From positions 11,743-75,742 of the forward strand of contig JAFVRO010000017.1 in the NCBI GenBank assembly GCA_017504205.1: 64,000 nt of DNA, given 5' to 3'. The notes under the pieces are model-generated. The model made no database searches and had not been told where the DNA came from. It saw only the letters and a list, made by a program, of their open reading frames with translations. Positions 9,641-18,334 of this stretch are shown here, piece after piece. How positions within the stretch are numbered: the stretch's first letter is position 1; the number at the start of each line of letters is the position of its first letter. Made by a program: the position numbers and the translations under genes. Origin of the DNA: Clostridia bacterium (GTDB taxonomy: Bacteria > Bacillota > Clostridia > Oscillospirales > CAG-272).

Positions 9641-9675
9641 AAAGCCTACTCACTTCGGTGAGTAGGCTTTTCAGT
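9641..9675 (+). terminator. Rho-independent terminator
   Basis: aaagcctactcac-ttcg-gtgagtaggcttt forms a perfect 13-bp stem, followed by a T-rich tail. Confidence 0.85.
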
Positions 9676-9750
9676 TAATATTTGGTTTAATATTTGGCGT
9701 ATAATAATTATAAAAGTCATTCAAACACCATCTGTCCGTCACATATCCAC

Positions 9751-9779
9751 TTGACAAATGCACGTTTGAATGATAGAAT
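9751..9779 (+). promoter_or_regulatory. Putative sigma-A promoter
   Basis: TTGACA - 17 nt - TAGAAT, with TGn immediately upstream of the -10. Confidence 0.55.
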
Positions 9780-9856
9780 ATATTTATAAAAATAAATGCC
9801 TACACTATTAGCTTAAAAGACCAAACTATTAACAGATTGGATGGTACCCTCAATTA

Positions 9857-11512
9857 ATGAAACGTAAAATTTTAACCGCATTATTTGCAATACTCGCACT
9901 TTGCTCAATGCTGACTGTCTCCATGATCGGTTGCAAAAAGGATTCTGACCGCACCGATAAAAGCCCTCACGAGACCTTCGCAGGCTACGTCGACGACTCA
10001 ACCCCCGACTCCGATACACTGCCCGAATATAGTGAACCGTCGGACAGTACCTTAGACGATGAGCCGCAGGATTCGGCTGAGCCCTCCGTACCTACCGATA
10101 CCTCGGAGCCAACCGACCCGATTCAGCCCCCCACAAGTGAGCCTGTTGAGTCGGAAACCAACGATTCCTCGGTGGATACACCGGAGCCACCTTCAGATAC
10201 TGAGACCCCCTCGTCCGACCGCAATGACGTTGAAAACATCCTCCATGCCTCCGAGCAGATATCAACCCTTTTTGAGTCGATAATCGAAGGCGCTTTCCCT
10301 GAGGTAGATATGATCCGCGAGCTTCTCAGCGTCCACGAAGGACAGCTCGCAATTGACCTCAATAAATTCAATATACTCGGTGCTGACCTTCTTGGTGGAA
10401 AAACCTTAAACCTTTCCGGTGTTACCAAGCACGACGGAACCGAGTACCTTATAGACGGAACCTTGTCCTCGATGCAAAACTCCCCTCGCGTGCTTCTCAT
10501 ACTTGACCGAGACGGAAATCTTTTGCTCCACTTCCCGGATGTCGATAAAAATACTTACGTCAACGTGCTACCGGAAAGCAACCTCGGCAATTTTGTGACA
10601 CTAATTAAGGCTTACCTTGCTGTCTTTGGAAGCAATACTCCCGCATCTCCAACCGAGTCCCCCTTTGATACCTTCCCGTACGATATTATCCCATACCTTA
10701 TAGGCGGACTTGGTGATTATATCAGTGATAAGGGCATTGAAAATGAAACCGTAGTTATTGAACGCTTCGGAAATACCCTTAAGGGCGTTTCCAAACTTAC
10801 CGTTTCCGCCGGTTCGGAAGGCTCATTGGTATATTACGTTAAAGATTCCGCAGTCTACGGTATGGAGATCAATTCCTCGTATCTGTCACTTGAAATAAGT
10901 ATTCTTCCTGCTGAAAATACGTTGTATTCCGTCACACTGAGTGCGACAGTTGGTGATTCCGAGCCCACAACCTATACAGTATCGGGCAGACATTTCACTG
11001 ACGGTACTACATTACGTGGAATGATTCAGCTTGATGCCGGAGATCTGATCTCATCAGTACTCCAAACAATCGCGAAGGATGCAGAGGTCGCGCTTGCTTT
11101 CTCATACAATAACACCGTTGCGGAAAACGGAAGCGCTGCGCTTGAATATAACATCGGATTTCTCATAGATCCGGACGGTATGGCGTTTGAGATAACGGTC
11201 CCACTGACTGTTACCAAAACCGAAACAGAGAAGGGAACCTCTCTTACCGTTACCTCAAAGGCAGACCTTATGGGTATGATAAGCATTGACCTCAGTATCC
11301 GCCTGGACGTCGAAAAGCGTTCAAAGCTTGAGGTGTATATCGAAGTTCCCACGGCAGCACAGACCGTTCTCAACGTACAGAACCCAGATGATACTGCAGC
11401 CATAAGCGCACTTATTGACTCTGTCAAAGTCTCGTATCCGGAACTTGCCGATCTCATAGCTTCATTTAAAAGCATTGATCAGATGATCCCCCCTCTGCCA
11501 AAACAAAAATAA
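9857..11512 (+). CDS. Lipoprotein with acidic Pro/Thr/Ser-rich linker, unknown function
   Basis: Signal peptide with lipobox-like SMIGC. Low-complexity segment EPSVPTDTSEPTDPIQPPTSEP. No recognisable catalytic motif. Confidence 0.7.
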   Translation: MKRKILTALFAILALCSMLTVSMIGCKKDSDRTDKSPHETFAGYVDDSTPDSDTLPEYSEPSDSTLDDEPQDSAEPSVPTDTSEPTDPIQPPTSEPVESETNDSSVDTPEPPSDTETPSSDRNDVENILHASEQISTLFESIIEGAFPEVDMIRELLSVHEGQLAIDLNKFNILGADLLGGKTLNLSGVTKHDGTEYLIDGTLSSMQNSPRVLLILDRDGNLLLHFPDVDKNTYVNVLPESNLGNFVTLIKAYLAVFGSNTPASPTESPFDTFPYDIIPYLIGGLGDYISDKGIENETVVIERFGNTLKGVSKLTVSAGSEGSLVYYVKDSAVYGMEINSSYLSLEISILPAENTLYSVTLSATVGDSEPTTYTVSGRHFTDGTTLRGMIQLDAGDLISSVLQTIAKDAEVALAFSYNNTVAENGSAALEYNIGFLIDPDGMAFEITVPLTVTKTETEKGTSLTVTSKADLMGMISIDLSIRLDVEKRSKLEVYIEVPTAAQTVLNVQNPDDTAAISALIDSVKVSYPELADLIASFKSIDQMIPPLPKQK

Positions 11513-11551
11513 AGCATTATTCGTGCTTTAGAATTTCTGAATATATCAGAT

Positions 11552-11585
11552 GCCGTCCGCATAAATTAAATGTGGACGGCATTTT
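11552..11585 (+). terminator. Rho-independent terminator
   Basis: gccgtccgca-taaattaaa-tgtggacggc forms a 10-bp stem with one G-U pair, followed by attttc. Confidence 0.7.
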
Positions 11586-11602
11586 CAAAAGGGAGGGATA
11601 GT

Positions 11603-12136
11603 GTGAGCGAAATTTATCTGACCAAAATCCGGAAAAACTCGTTCAGGATAGGTATGGGATCAACGCTTGACGTAACAGTCACCCGAGCGATGATTGAAAA
11701 ATACCCGATTCTTGACGCCCTGTGCTCGGAAGTAATAAACAACTGTGAAGAATACGCCTTGAAAGCACTTGCTCCGGTTTTGAAAGCAGAAAACGCAGGT
11801 AAACCGAGCAGATATGAATATTCGGTCAACATATCATGCACCGGGCATGATGAATATCGCATACTGTTCCTGACCTTACAAGTCATACTTAAGCGCGCAG
11901 GGACGCCAATCAAGAGCACTACCTTCTCCTGCGCCGCCGATAGTGAGACGGGATACCTTATCTCAGATAAATACTTCTTCTCTCACTTTGTAAAGCTTTC
12001 TGAAGATCTCAAAAAGGATCATAAAATACGAAAGCAGCTTATCAGAGGCAAGCTTGCCTGGTTTGCGTCTGACGGTTCCAATATTCGCCTTGAGAACGGT
12101 AGGCTTATTGGCGAGCTTGTAAAGCCCACCGCTTAA
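11603..12136 (+). CDS. Hypothetical protein
   Basis: The GTG start follows a GGGAGGGA RBS. The ATG at 11570 given in the ORF track lies inside the terminator. No motif recognised. Confidence 0.5.
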   Translation: MSEIYLTKIRKNSFRIGMGSTLDVTVTRAMIEKYPILDALCSEVINNCEEYALKALAPVLKAENAGKPSRYEYSVNISCTGHDEYRILFLTLQVILKRAGTPIKSTTFSCAADSETGYLISDKYFFSHFVKLSEDLKKDHKIRKQLIRGKLAWFASDGSNIRLENGRLIGELVKPTA

Positions 12137-12167
12137 AAAGAGTATGCTAAATATTTATAAATATGTA

Positions 12168-12196
12168 TTGAATTTCTTTATTCCCCGTGTTATAAT
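12168..12196 (+). promoter_or_regulatory. Near-consensus sigma-A promoter of the V-ATPase-like cassette
   Basis: TTGAAT - 17 nt - TATAAT with an extended TGn (gtgtTATAAT). Confidence 0.6.
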
Positions 12197-12240
12197 AAAA
12201 AGAGTATAATTGATATTTGTAAAAAATCAGGATAAGGACG

Positions 12241-12570
12241 GTGAGCCCTGTGCCTCAGAATGCAATAGTAATCATATTAAATACCGAAAAAAAAGCGGCT
12301 CAGATGATAGCGGATGCCAAAGCTTGCGCCGAGGAACTTGTATCCTCAGCAAATAAAGCAGGGGAGACAAGCCTAAGCGAATTTGAGGCTAAGCGCCGTG
12401 CCGACGGCGAAAGAACGGTTCAGGAGATAAGACAAAGCGCAGCGGAGCTCGAGTCAAGAAGCGAAACGGAGGCTATGTCCCGCGCCGCAGAACTGAAAAG
12501 CGCAGCAGAACCGAGAATGCACCTGGCTATAAAGGAAATAATAAAGGGGATAATGGAATCATGCCGATGA
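12241..12570 (+). CDS. Ala/Glu-rich coiled-coil protein, V/A-ATPase peripheral-stalk (G/H)-like
   Basis: The call rests on size (109 aa), heptad-like AEE/AKA composition and first position in the V-type cassette. It overlaps the next ORF by 10 nt. Confidence 0.4.
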   Translation: MSPVPQNAIVIILNTEKKAAQMIADAKACAEELVSSANKAGETSLSEFEAKRRADGERTVQEIRQSAAELESRSETEAMSRAAELKSAAEPRMHLAIKEIIKGIMESCR

Positions 12571-13586
12571 CGGAAATGCCGGAATTTGCGGAAATGACGG
12601 AAAGCGCAGAGAAGCTCCTTACCGTTGTATGCTATGAAAGAGACCTCGATGCTTTACTTGCGCGTTTGATGTCCCTTGATGGAATCAAGCTTCTGGCTAC
12701 CGAAGAGCCGTCTCTGCCAAATGAAGTTTCCCGTCCGACTCCTGATAAGACCGCACTTGCTGACTATACCGAGCTACTGTCGCTTGCGGACAAGGCTATT
12801 GAATATCTGTTGCCCTACAAAGCAGAGTACCGTCCTACCGCCGGGACGGGGGCTTTCGGCGGCACGTCGAAATTAAACTCTGAGCAGATCAGAAGGGCGG
12901 AAAAGATAATACAAAGCATATTGGAAATCAAACGCCTCCTTGATGGCATAGAATCGGAGGAAAAGAAAGCCGATCGGATAATAGGCATACTCTCCCCCTG
13001 GGCATCATATACCGAAAACGTAAGGATCACAGAAACTGCAAGCACTCGCATATTTTACGGAACGATTCCCACCGCGTGCGATATTGGCACACTGTCACCC
13101 GGGAATGATCTCACAGATATCCTTGTAATAAATGATGACGGACATCAAAAATATATCCGCGCGGTATGTCACATCTCGTGCGCAGACAGTGTTCGCTCAT
13201 CTCTTGATTCGCAAGGATTTGTTCCCGAATCCTTCAGTAACATAAACACCTCACTGAAATCTACACTTATAAACGCGCGGAAAAAGCTTATGCAGCTTGA
13301 AGCCGACAGAATCAGAAGTGATATGATGCTTGCGGATTACTCGGAACATATGTCAGAGCTTGAGGAGTACAGAGCCTTTATTGCCGAAAGGATCGCGGTT
13401 GAGCTGGCAAAATCGGAATTTGTATATTTTGATAAATATGTCTGCTTTAAATGCCGACTCCCCGAAGACTCGGCACTGTCAGCACAGACCTATCTGCGCC
13501 ATAAACTGTGTGCCTTCGAGCTTGCCGATATTCCCGATGCTATTACCGCACCGTCAAGGCGCAGAGCAAAAAGGCAGAAGGGATGA
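12561..13586 (+). CDS. V/A-ATPase subunit I-like protein, cytoplasmic N-terminal domain only (no membrane domain)
   Basis: The N-terminus KLLTVVCYERDLDALLARLMSLDGIKLL resembles the start of subunit I. The protein ends at 341 aa with the basic tail SRRRAKRQKG. No hydrophobic helices are present. Confidence 0.55.
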   Translation: MPMTEMPEFAEMTESAEKLLTVVCYERDLDALLARLMSLDGIKLLATEEPSLPNEVSRPTPDKTALADYTELLSLADKAIEYLLPYKAEYRPTAGTGAFGGTSKLNSEQIRRAEKIIQSILEIKRLLDGIESEEKKADRIIGILSPWASYTENVRITETASTRIFYGTIPTACDIGTLSPGNDLTDILVINDDGHQKYIRAVCHISCADSVRSSLDSQGFVPESFSNINTSLKSTLINARKKLMQLEADRIRSDMMLADYSEHMSELEEYRAFIAERIAVELAKSEFVYFDKYVCFKCRLPEDSALSAQTYLRHKLCAFELADIPDAITAPSRRRAKRQKG

Positions 13587-13617
13587 TCACGATAAATAAA
13601 ACTGTTAGGAGAGCCAT

Positions 13618-14274
13618 ATGACGGGCATTGAAAAAATAACGGAAAAAATCATTGCCGACGCAACCGCCGAAGCAAAAAAAATAATTGACGGTGCCGAAAG
13701 GGAAGTACTTGAAATCAAAGCTAAATACTCAGCCAAGGCAGATCTTGTGTCTCGTGCCATAAAGGAAGAAACCGAAAGAACTTGCAGCGAAATAATCGAG
13801 TGCGCAAAGGCTCAGGCAACGGTTACAAGACGCGATACTGTTCTTCGCGCAGAAGCGGATGTTATAGACGATGCCTTCGATCGCGCCCTTGCGGAGATAC
13901 TCTCATTTTCAAAGGAAAAGTACGGCACAATGCTTGCGATAATGCTTTCAAAGCTTGTGCGCGAATGCCTTGAATCCTCAAAACGTTACAAGGATGCGGC
14001 AGAACAGCCCATAGAGATCATTCTTAATTCCCGTGACCGCGAGATTTACGGACAAGCACTGCTCGAAGAGCTGCGCCGCCTTGACACAGTAAAGATCAGC
14101 GCCGCCGATTTTGACCGTATAACCGTTTCGAAAATTACCGCTGATATAAAGGGCGGGGTGATATTGAAATGTGGTAATATTGAATATAACTCATCTCTGG
14201 AACTCTTATTCCGGGAACTTCGCCCCGAACTTGAGGAGAACGTTTATTCCATACTGTTTGGAGAGCGGAACTGA
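13618..14274 (+). CDS. V/A-type ATPase subunit E
   Basis: IEKITEKIIADATAEAKKIIDGAEREVLEIKAKY N-terminal coil; the C-terminal IKGGVILKCGNIEYNSSLELLF...ILFG is typical of subunit E. Confidence 0.8.
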   Translation: MTGIEKITEKIIADATAEAKKIIDGAEREVLEIKAKYSAKADLVSRAIKEETERTCSEIIECAKAQATVTRRDTVLRAEADVIDDAFDRALAEILSFSKEKYGTMLAIMLSKLVRECLESSKRYKDAAEQPIEIILNSRDREIYGQALLEELRRLDTVKISAADFDRITVSKITADIKGGVILKCGNIEYNSSLELLFRELRPELEENVYSILFGERN

Positions 14275-14307
14275 GTACCCGAAAAAGTATAAACGAAAGG
14301 ACAAAAA

Positions 14308-14826
14308 ATGGTAGAGGGAAGAATATCGTCACTTTCAGACGGAATAGCTTTGATAGAGAATATGCGTGGTGTCGCACTCCATAGCACCGTTCGTGTCGGC
14401 AAATCTCGGATACCGGGCACTGTTATAGCTATCAATGGCGATACCGCCAAGGCACTTCTTTTTGATAATTGGCAGGACTTACTCATAGGTGACAGAGCCG
14501 TAAGCGACAATATTCCGTTGTCAGTGGAGCTCGGCCCGGGACTTATAGGTCATACCTTCGACGCTCTGCTTCGTCCGATCGGTAGCAGAGATAAAAACGA
14601 AGGCGCACTGAATAAACGTAAGCGTTGGGTGTTCGTCCCAAAAAGGGATTTCGGAGACAGAGTATGCTCAGGTGACATCGTCGGATATGTCCGCGAGACT
14701 CTTTCCGTAAGACATGCCATAACCGTTCCCCAAGGACTCTGCGGAACGGTAGTTGAACTGAATTCCGGTAGTTTCTGCGTGAACGATCGAATAGGGAAAA
14801 TAAAAAAAGCTGATCTGGAACAATAG
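14308..14826 (+). CDS. V/A-type ATPase subunit A-like, N-terminal fragment (beta-barrel plus V-specific bulge)
   Basis: LSVELGPGLIGHTFDALLRPI and the following bulge region (W.F.P...GD.V..GDIVGYV.E....H.I.VP) are A-subunit hallmarks. The ORF stops at TAG 14824-14826 just before the nucleotide-binding domain. Confidence 0.75.
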   Translation: MVEGRISSLSDGIALIENMRGVALHSTVRVGKSRIPGTVIAINGDTAKALLFDNWQDLLIGDRAVSDNIPLSVELGPGLIGHTFDALLRPIGSRDKNEGALNKRKRWVFVPKRDFGDRVCSGDIVGYVRETLSVRHAITVPQGLCGTVVELNSGSFCVNDRIGKIKKADLEQ

Positions 14827-14879
14827 TAGATATATCTCTGCTTCAGCTCCATGATCTGAGCGCACGCCGTTCCTCGGGA

Positions 14880-15821
14880 ATGCTTGCTCCGTCTAAAAAC
14901 GTTTTTTGCGGACTTCTTGCCACAGACGTCTTTTTTCCAATAGAAAAGGGCGGTGTTGCACTTATTGTCGGAGATACGGCTTCTTCAGCCTCAGATATGC
15001 TTACGCGCCTGACTCTTGAGTCAGATTCAGACGTAAATGTAGTCGTCCTGTGCGGCAAAAGCCTTAATGTGATCTATTCGCGGCTTCGGGAATATAAAAC
15101 TCATATGGCGCGCCAAAAGACCGTGTTTATCCTTAGCCCTCAAAGTGATAGATTTGAGATGCGAAAAAAATCACTTGAAAGCGCCTTTGCCGTCGCAGAA
15201 TATTTCAGAGAAACGGGGCTTAACGTGCTGCTCTCAATAGACACCATTAATGCAATTCTGGAGCTTGCACCTAAAAACGCAACACTGTCTTGCCTGACAG
15301 ACCTTTTAAAGCGCGCCGCAAGAACAGAAAGTGCGGCAAAAAACGCGTCCTATGCATCCCTTACCGTAGTAACAACCGCTTCTCAAAGTCTTGTCGCAGC
15401 CCTGGAGCAAATAAAGTCGTCTGTTGGCACATATATAGAACTTGAATGCGAGAATTGCTACCCCACGAACGGCTCAATTAACTTTGATGGTTCATTCTCG
15501 AAAAGCAATTGCAGAAATGCATCAGCCGACGGGATAGTACATGCGTTGATAAACATCTCGGACGGCAAAGACAGTGAGAGCGCATATCTTGCGCGCCTTG
15601 CTCTTAAAGCTATCCTGAATGCGGATTTTTTATCCGCACACGCCAAAGACGTATTTGATGCTCAAACACTTGTCTCCTCAGAACGCGCCTTCCTTGACAG
15701 TGTTCTGCGCCTTTGCCGCGAGGCAGAGCGCTCTCCCACCAAATGCCGTCAGGTGCTTACCGACATACTATCCCTTTGCGAAAATATAACGCCGGAAATA
15801 ACGGAAGGAACAATAACGTGA
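14880..15821 (+). CDS. V/A-type ATPase subunit A-like, nucleotide-binding and C-terminal part, with degenerate active site
   Basis: LLATDVFFPIEKGGVALIVGDTASSAS aligns by eye with L.TGQRV.D..FP..KGG....GPFGSGKT, so Walker A is lost. CGKSLNV replaces CGERGNE. The frame is open from 14814, upstream of the ATG. Confidence 0.7.
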   Translation: MLAPSKNVFCGLLATDVFFPIEKGGVALIVGDTASSASDMLTRLTLESDSDVNVVVLCGKSLNVIYSRLREYKTHMARQKTVFILSPQSDRFEMRKKSLESAFAVAEYFRETGLNVLLSIDTINAILELAPKNATLSCLTDLLKRAARTESAAKNASYASLTVVTTASQSLVAALEQIKSSVGTYIELECENCYPTNGSINFDGSFSKSNCRNASADGIVHALINISDGKDSESAYLARLALKAILNADFLSAHAKDVFDAQTLVSSERAFLDSVLRLCREAERSPTKCRQVLTDILSLCENITPEITEGTIT

Positions 15822-17068
15822 TTAAATACAGAGAATACAGAACCGCCGTATCATTAACCGAATATTTGCTTACCGTGAGCGATGTAGACTCCGCCCGAAT
15901 CGGTGAGCTCTGCGAGGTAATCTCCAATAATAGCGCAGAGCCACAGTATGCTACGGTGATAGCCCTTGACGGACGAGCCGCTATGCTGCGCCTGCACGGA
16001 AGCGCAAAGTCACTCTCACTTGAAAATGTTTGCGTAAGGTTTACCGGCAGAACACCCACACTTGCGGTGTCGCAAAGTATGCTCGGAAGATGCTTCAACG
16101 GATTCGGCGAGGTTGCTGATAACGGACCAAGAATTATATGCGGAAAAAAAGCCGAGGTATATACACCTCCCATCAGCCCTGCGGAAAAGAGCTGTCCCAC
16201 CGAGATGCTTTCAACGGGATTATCCGCCATAGACGTGATATCCCCCATTCTTAAAGGACAGAAAATGGCTATTTTCAGTGGGCACGGTATTCTGTACGAA
16301 AATCTGCTTGTCAGAATATCTAAATCCCACGGCAATTCCACCTCTGCTCCAATAATTATTTTTGCAGGCATCGGACTGAATGACAGAACTGTGGAAATGA
16401 TAGATCACGCGGTAGTACAAATGGGTATCCTTGACCGAACCGTTCGCATTGTAAGCCGTGCCAATGAACCGCTTCCGGAGCTTCTTGCAACTCCACATAC
16501 CGCAATGACCGTGGCAGAGTATTTTGCTTTGGAGCATGGTGCCGACGTCATCGTGCTGATGACCGATATGGCAAGTTATGCCGAGGTGCATCGCACGGTA
16601 GCCATCGACGCGGGAGAGGCAATGGCATCTAATGGATATCCCGTAACTCTTTCCCCCGACCTTGCCGCAATAGCGGAAAGAGCAGGAGTATACAGAAAAA
16701 ATAACGGCTCAGTGACATTGATAGCCGCGATGACCGCAGACACATCGACCCCGGTAGCCGAGATATTGCGCCGCGTGACGGATAGTAGAATTACACTGTC
16801 ATCGGAGCTTTATAAGCACGGAGTAAACCCGCCGATCGACCCGCTACATTCCTTCTCCGCGCTCAGAAAGAATGCCAAAAACGCCCCCGTTGATACCGTA
16901 ACTGCGGAAAAGCTGCTTGCACGTTACGCCGAAGCCGTTTCGGGAACGGACTCGCAATTCGGTTTTGCAAAGACAGTACTCGATAAGCTTGTCTCCCAGG
17001 ATATGCGTTCCTTCAGACAACCTGAACAGATAGCGGGTATAGTTGAAGCACTGATGTCAATGGAATAA
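15818..17068 (+). CDS. V/A-type ATPase subunit B-like
   Basis: The GTG start overlaps the A stop (GTGA) and follows a GGAAGGA RBS. Motifs: KYREYRT, STGLSAIDVISPILKGQKMAIFSG, GSVTLIAAMT, NPPIDPLHSFSAL. Confidence 0.8.
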   Translation: MIKYREYRTAVSLTEYLLTVSDVDSARIGELCEVISNNSAEPQYATVIALDGRAAMLRLHGSAKSLSLENVCVRFTGRTPTLAVSQSMLGRCFNGFGEVADNGPRIICGKKAEVYTPPISPAEKSCPTEMLSTGLSAIDVISPILKGQKMAIFSGHGILYENLLVRISKSHGNSTSAPIIIFAGIGLNDRTVEMIDHAVVQMGILDRTVRIVSRANEPLPELLATPHTAMTVAEYFALEHGADVIVLMTDMASYAEVHRTVAIDAGEAMASNGYPVTLSPDLAAIAERAGVYRKNNGSVTLIAAMTADTSTPVAEILRRVTDSRITLSSELYKHGVNPPIDPLHSFSALRKNAKNAPVDTVTAEKLLARYAEAVSGTDSQFGFAKTVLDKLVSQDMRSFRQPEQIAGIVEALMSME

Positions 17069-17077
17069 CAGTAAAAC

Positions 17078-17112
17078 GGGCCGTCTCACACAAGTGTGAC
17101 AGCCCTTTCATT
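17078..17112. terminator. Imperfect hairpin between convergent genes, variant of the gggctgtctca...gacagccc family
   Basis: gggccgtctcacac-aa-gtgtgacagccc followed by tttc. Confidence 0.55.
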
Positions 17113-17113
17113 A

Positions 17114-18289
17114 TTACTTCCTATCGGGTATACCCCGAGCGGAGGAGCTTTTTTTTGTAACCTTCTCGCCTGCTACAGATGTTTCCTTTGGACGGTGAGT
17201 AGCTTTTGGGGTGCTCCTGATCGCCTGACTTCCTTCGGTCACGATTTTTGCAAACGTCTTGAGAAATACCTCTCTGTGCTCCGGCGGTATGTTCAATACC
17301 GCTTTTATCAGAGCGTTTCTGTTTTTTGAAAGTTCGGTCAGTGAGGTACTTCCCGAGGATTCAAAAATACTGAACATTGCCTCAACAAGCTGACGCTTTT
17401 CTTCCTCGTTCATTTGTGATATGATAGCTTTGACGGTTTTGTTAACAATGAGACTGTCACGCGACATGGAATCAAGCGTTACAAACCTCTTTCCCAATAC
17501 ATCCCATGAAAAACCGTCGTGCTGAAGCAGACCTACAGAGCGACTTTTCACGATGCGATAGACTCCGTCGTGCTCAAATAGCATACCCACAATGGATGCC
17601 TGCGGAATTATTCCCGTGATCCTGTCTTTGATACGCCTGTAACCGTCCGAATTTATTATTCCGCTTCCAAGCCCCGGTCCGTCATAGTTGTAGATACCGC
17701 GTATACGGCGCTGAATATCCTCACCGACGCCGGCACCGGCATAGAGTGAAAGATTACCGCCTTTGCTGTGTCCTCCGATGATCAGTTCTCCGTCGGATTG
17801 AGCCGCTATTTTCTCAACGTATTCCTTAGCTAAAACCTGAGAAGGAATCGGAGACGTGAATACCATATTGAAATCCTCACGCCACCCGACAATACTGTCA
17901 TCCGTTCCCCTGAAAGCAATAAATACCGTGCCGTCAGGAAGTATTATCGAAAGCGCACAGAATTGCCTCAACTCCTCACGGTCGGTTCTGTTGACAAATC
18001 CGCTGAGCCGAAGCCCCGAAAATCTTGCGGATTCTGCCATACGCTTCGCCATTACCTTGATCTGCTCGGGTATAATGTATCCGATACGCTCTTCCTCAGG
18101 ATGAATTTCAAAAAATCTTCGCACCGCCCACGATACTGTGACACCGTTTTGAGTGAATTCCGTGGGGACTATATCAAAAAAATCAAGAAAGCAGAACTCT
18201 GAAAATATCAGTCCGTCAAGCTCGTTGAATGGAGATGCCTCAAAGCTAAGATCACATCTCCAATCTATATAATCAATAATATTACTCAT
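17114..18289 (-). CDS. Mbeg1-like (DUF2974) alpha/beta hydrolase, lipase-like
   Basis: NIIDYIDW start, FRGTDDSIVGWREDF, and the nucleophile elbow GHSKGGNL. Confidence 0.75.
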   Translation of the reverse strand: MSNIIDYIDWRCDLSFEASPFNELDGLIFSEFCFLDFFDIVPTEFTQNGVTVSWAVRRFFEIHPEEERIGYIIPEQIKVMAKRMAESARFSGLRLSGFVNRTDREELRQFCALSIILPDGTVFIAFRGTDDSIVGWREDFNMVFTSPIPSQVLAKEYVEKIAAQSDGELIIGGHSKGGNLSLYAGAGVGEDIQRRIRGIYNYDGPGLGSGIINSDGYRRIKDRITGIIPQASIVGMLFEHDGVYRIVKSRSVGLLQHDGFSWDVLGKRFVTLDSMSRDSLIVNKTVKAIISQMNEEEKRQLVEAMFSIFESSGSTSLTELSKNRNALIKAVLNIPPEHREVFLKTFAKIVTEGSQAIRSTPKATHRPKETSVAGEKVTKKSSSARGIPDRK

Positions 18290-18334
18290 AACCTGAACCT
18301 CCGTATACCGAATTCGGTCGCTGATTATATTATA

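Noticed and set aside
15713-15817. Upstream ATG extension of the B-subunit ORF, overlapping the A-like gene by 109 nt
   Set aside because: B-subunit homology begins at IKYREYRT. A GTG at 15818 with a GGAAGGA RBS gives the usual stop/start overlap (GTGA). The extension encodes unrelated basic sequence.
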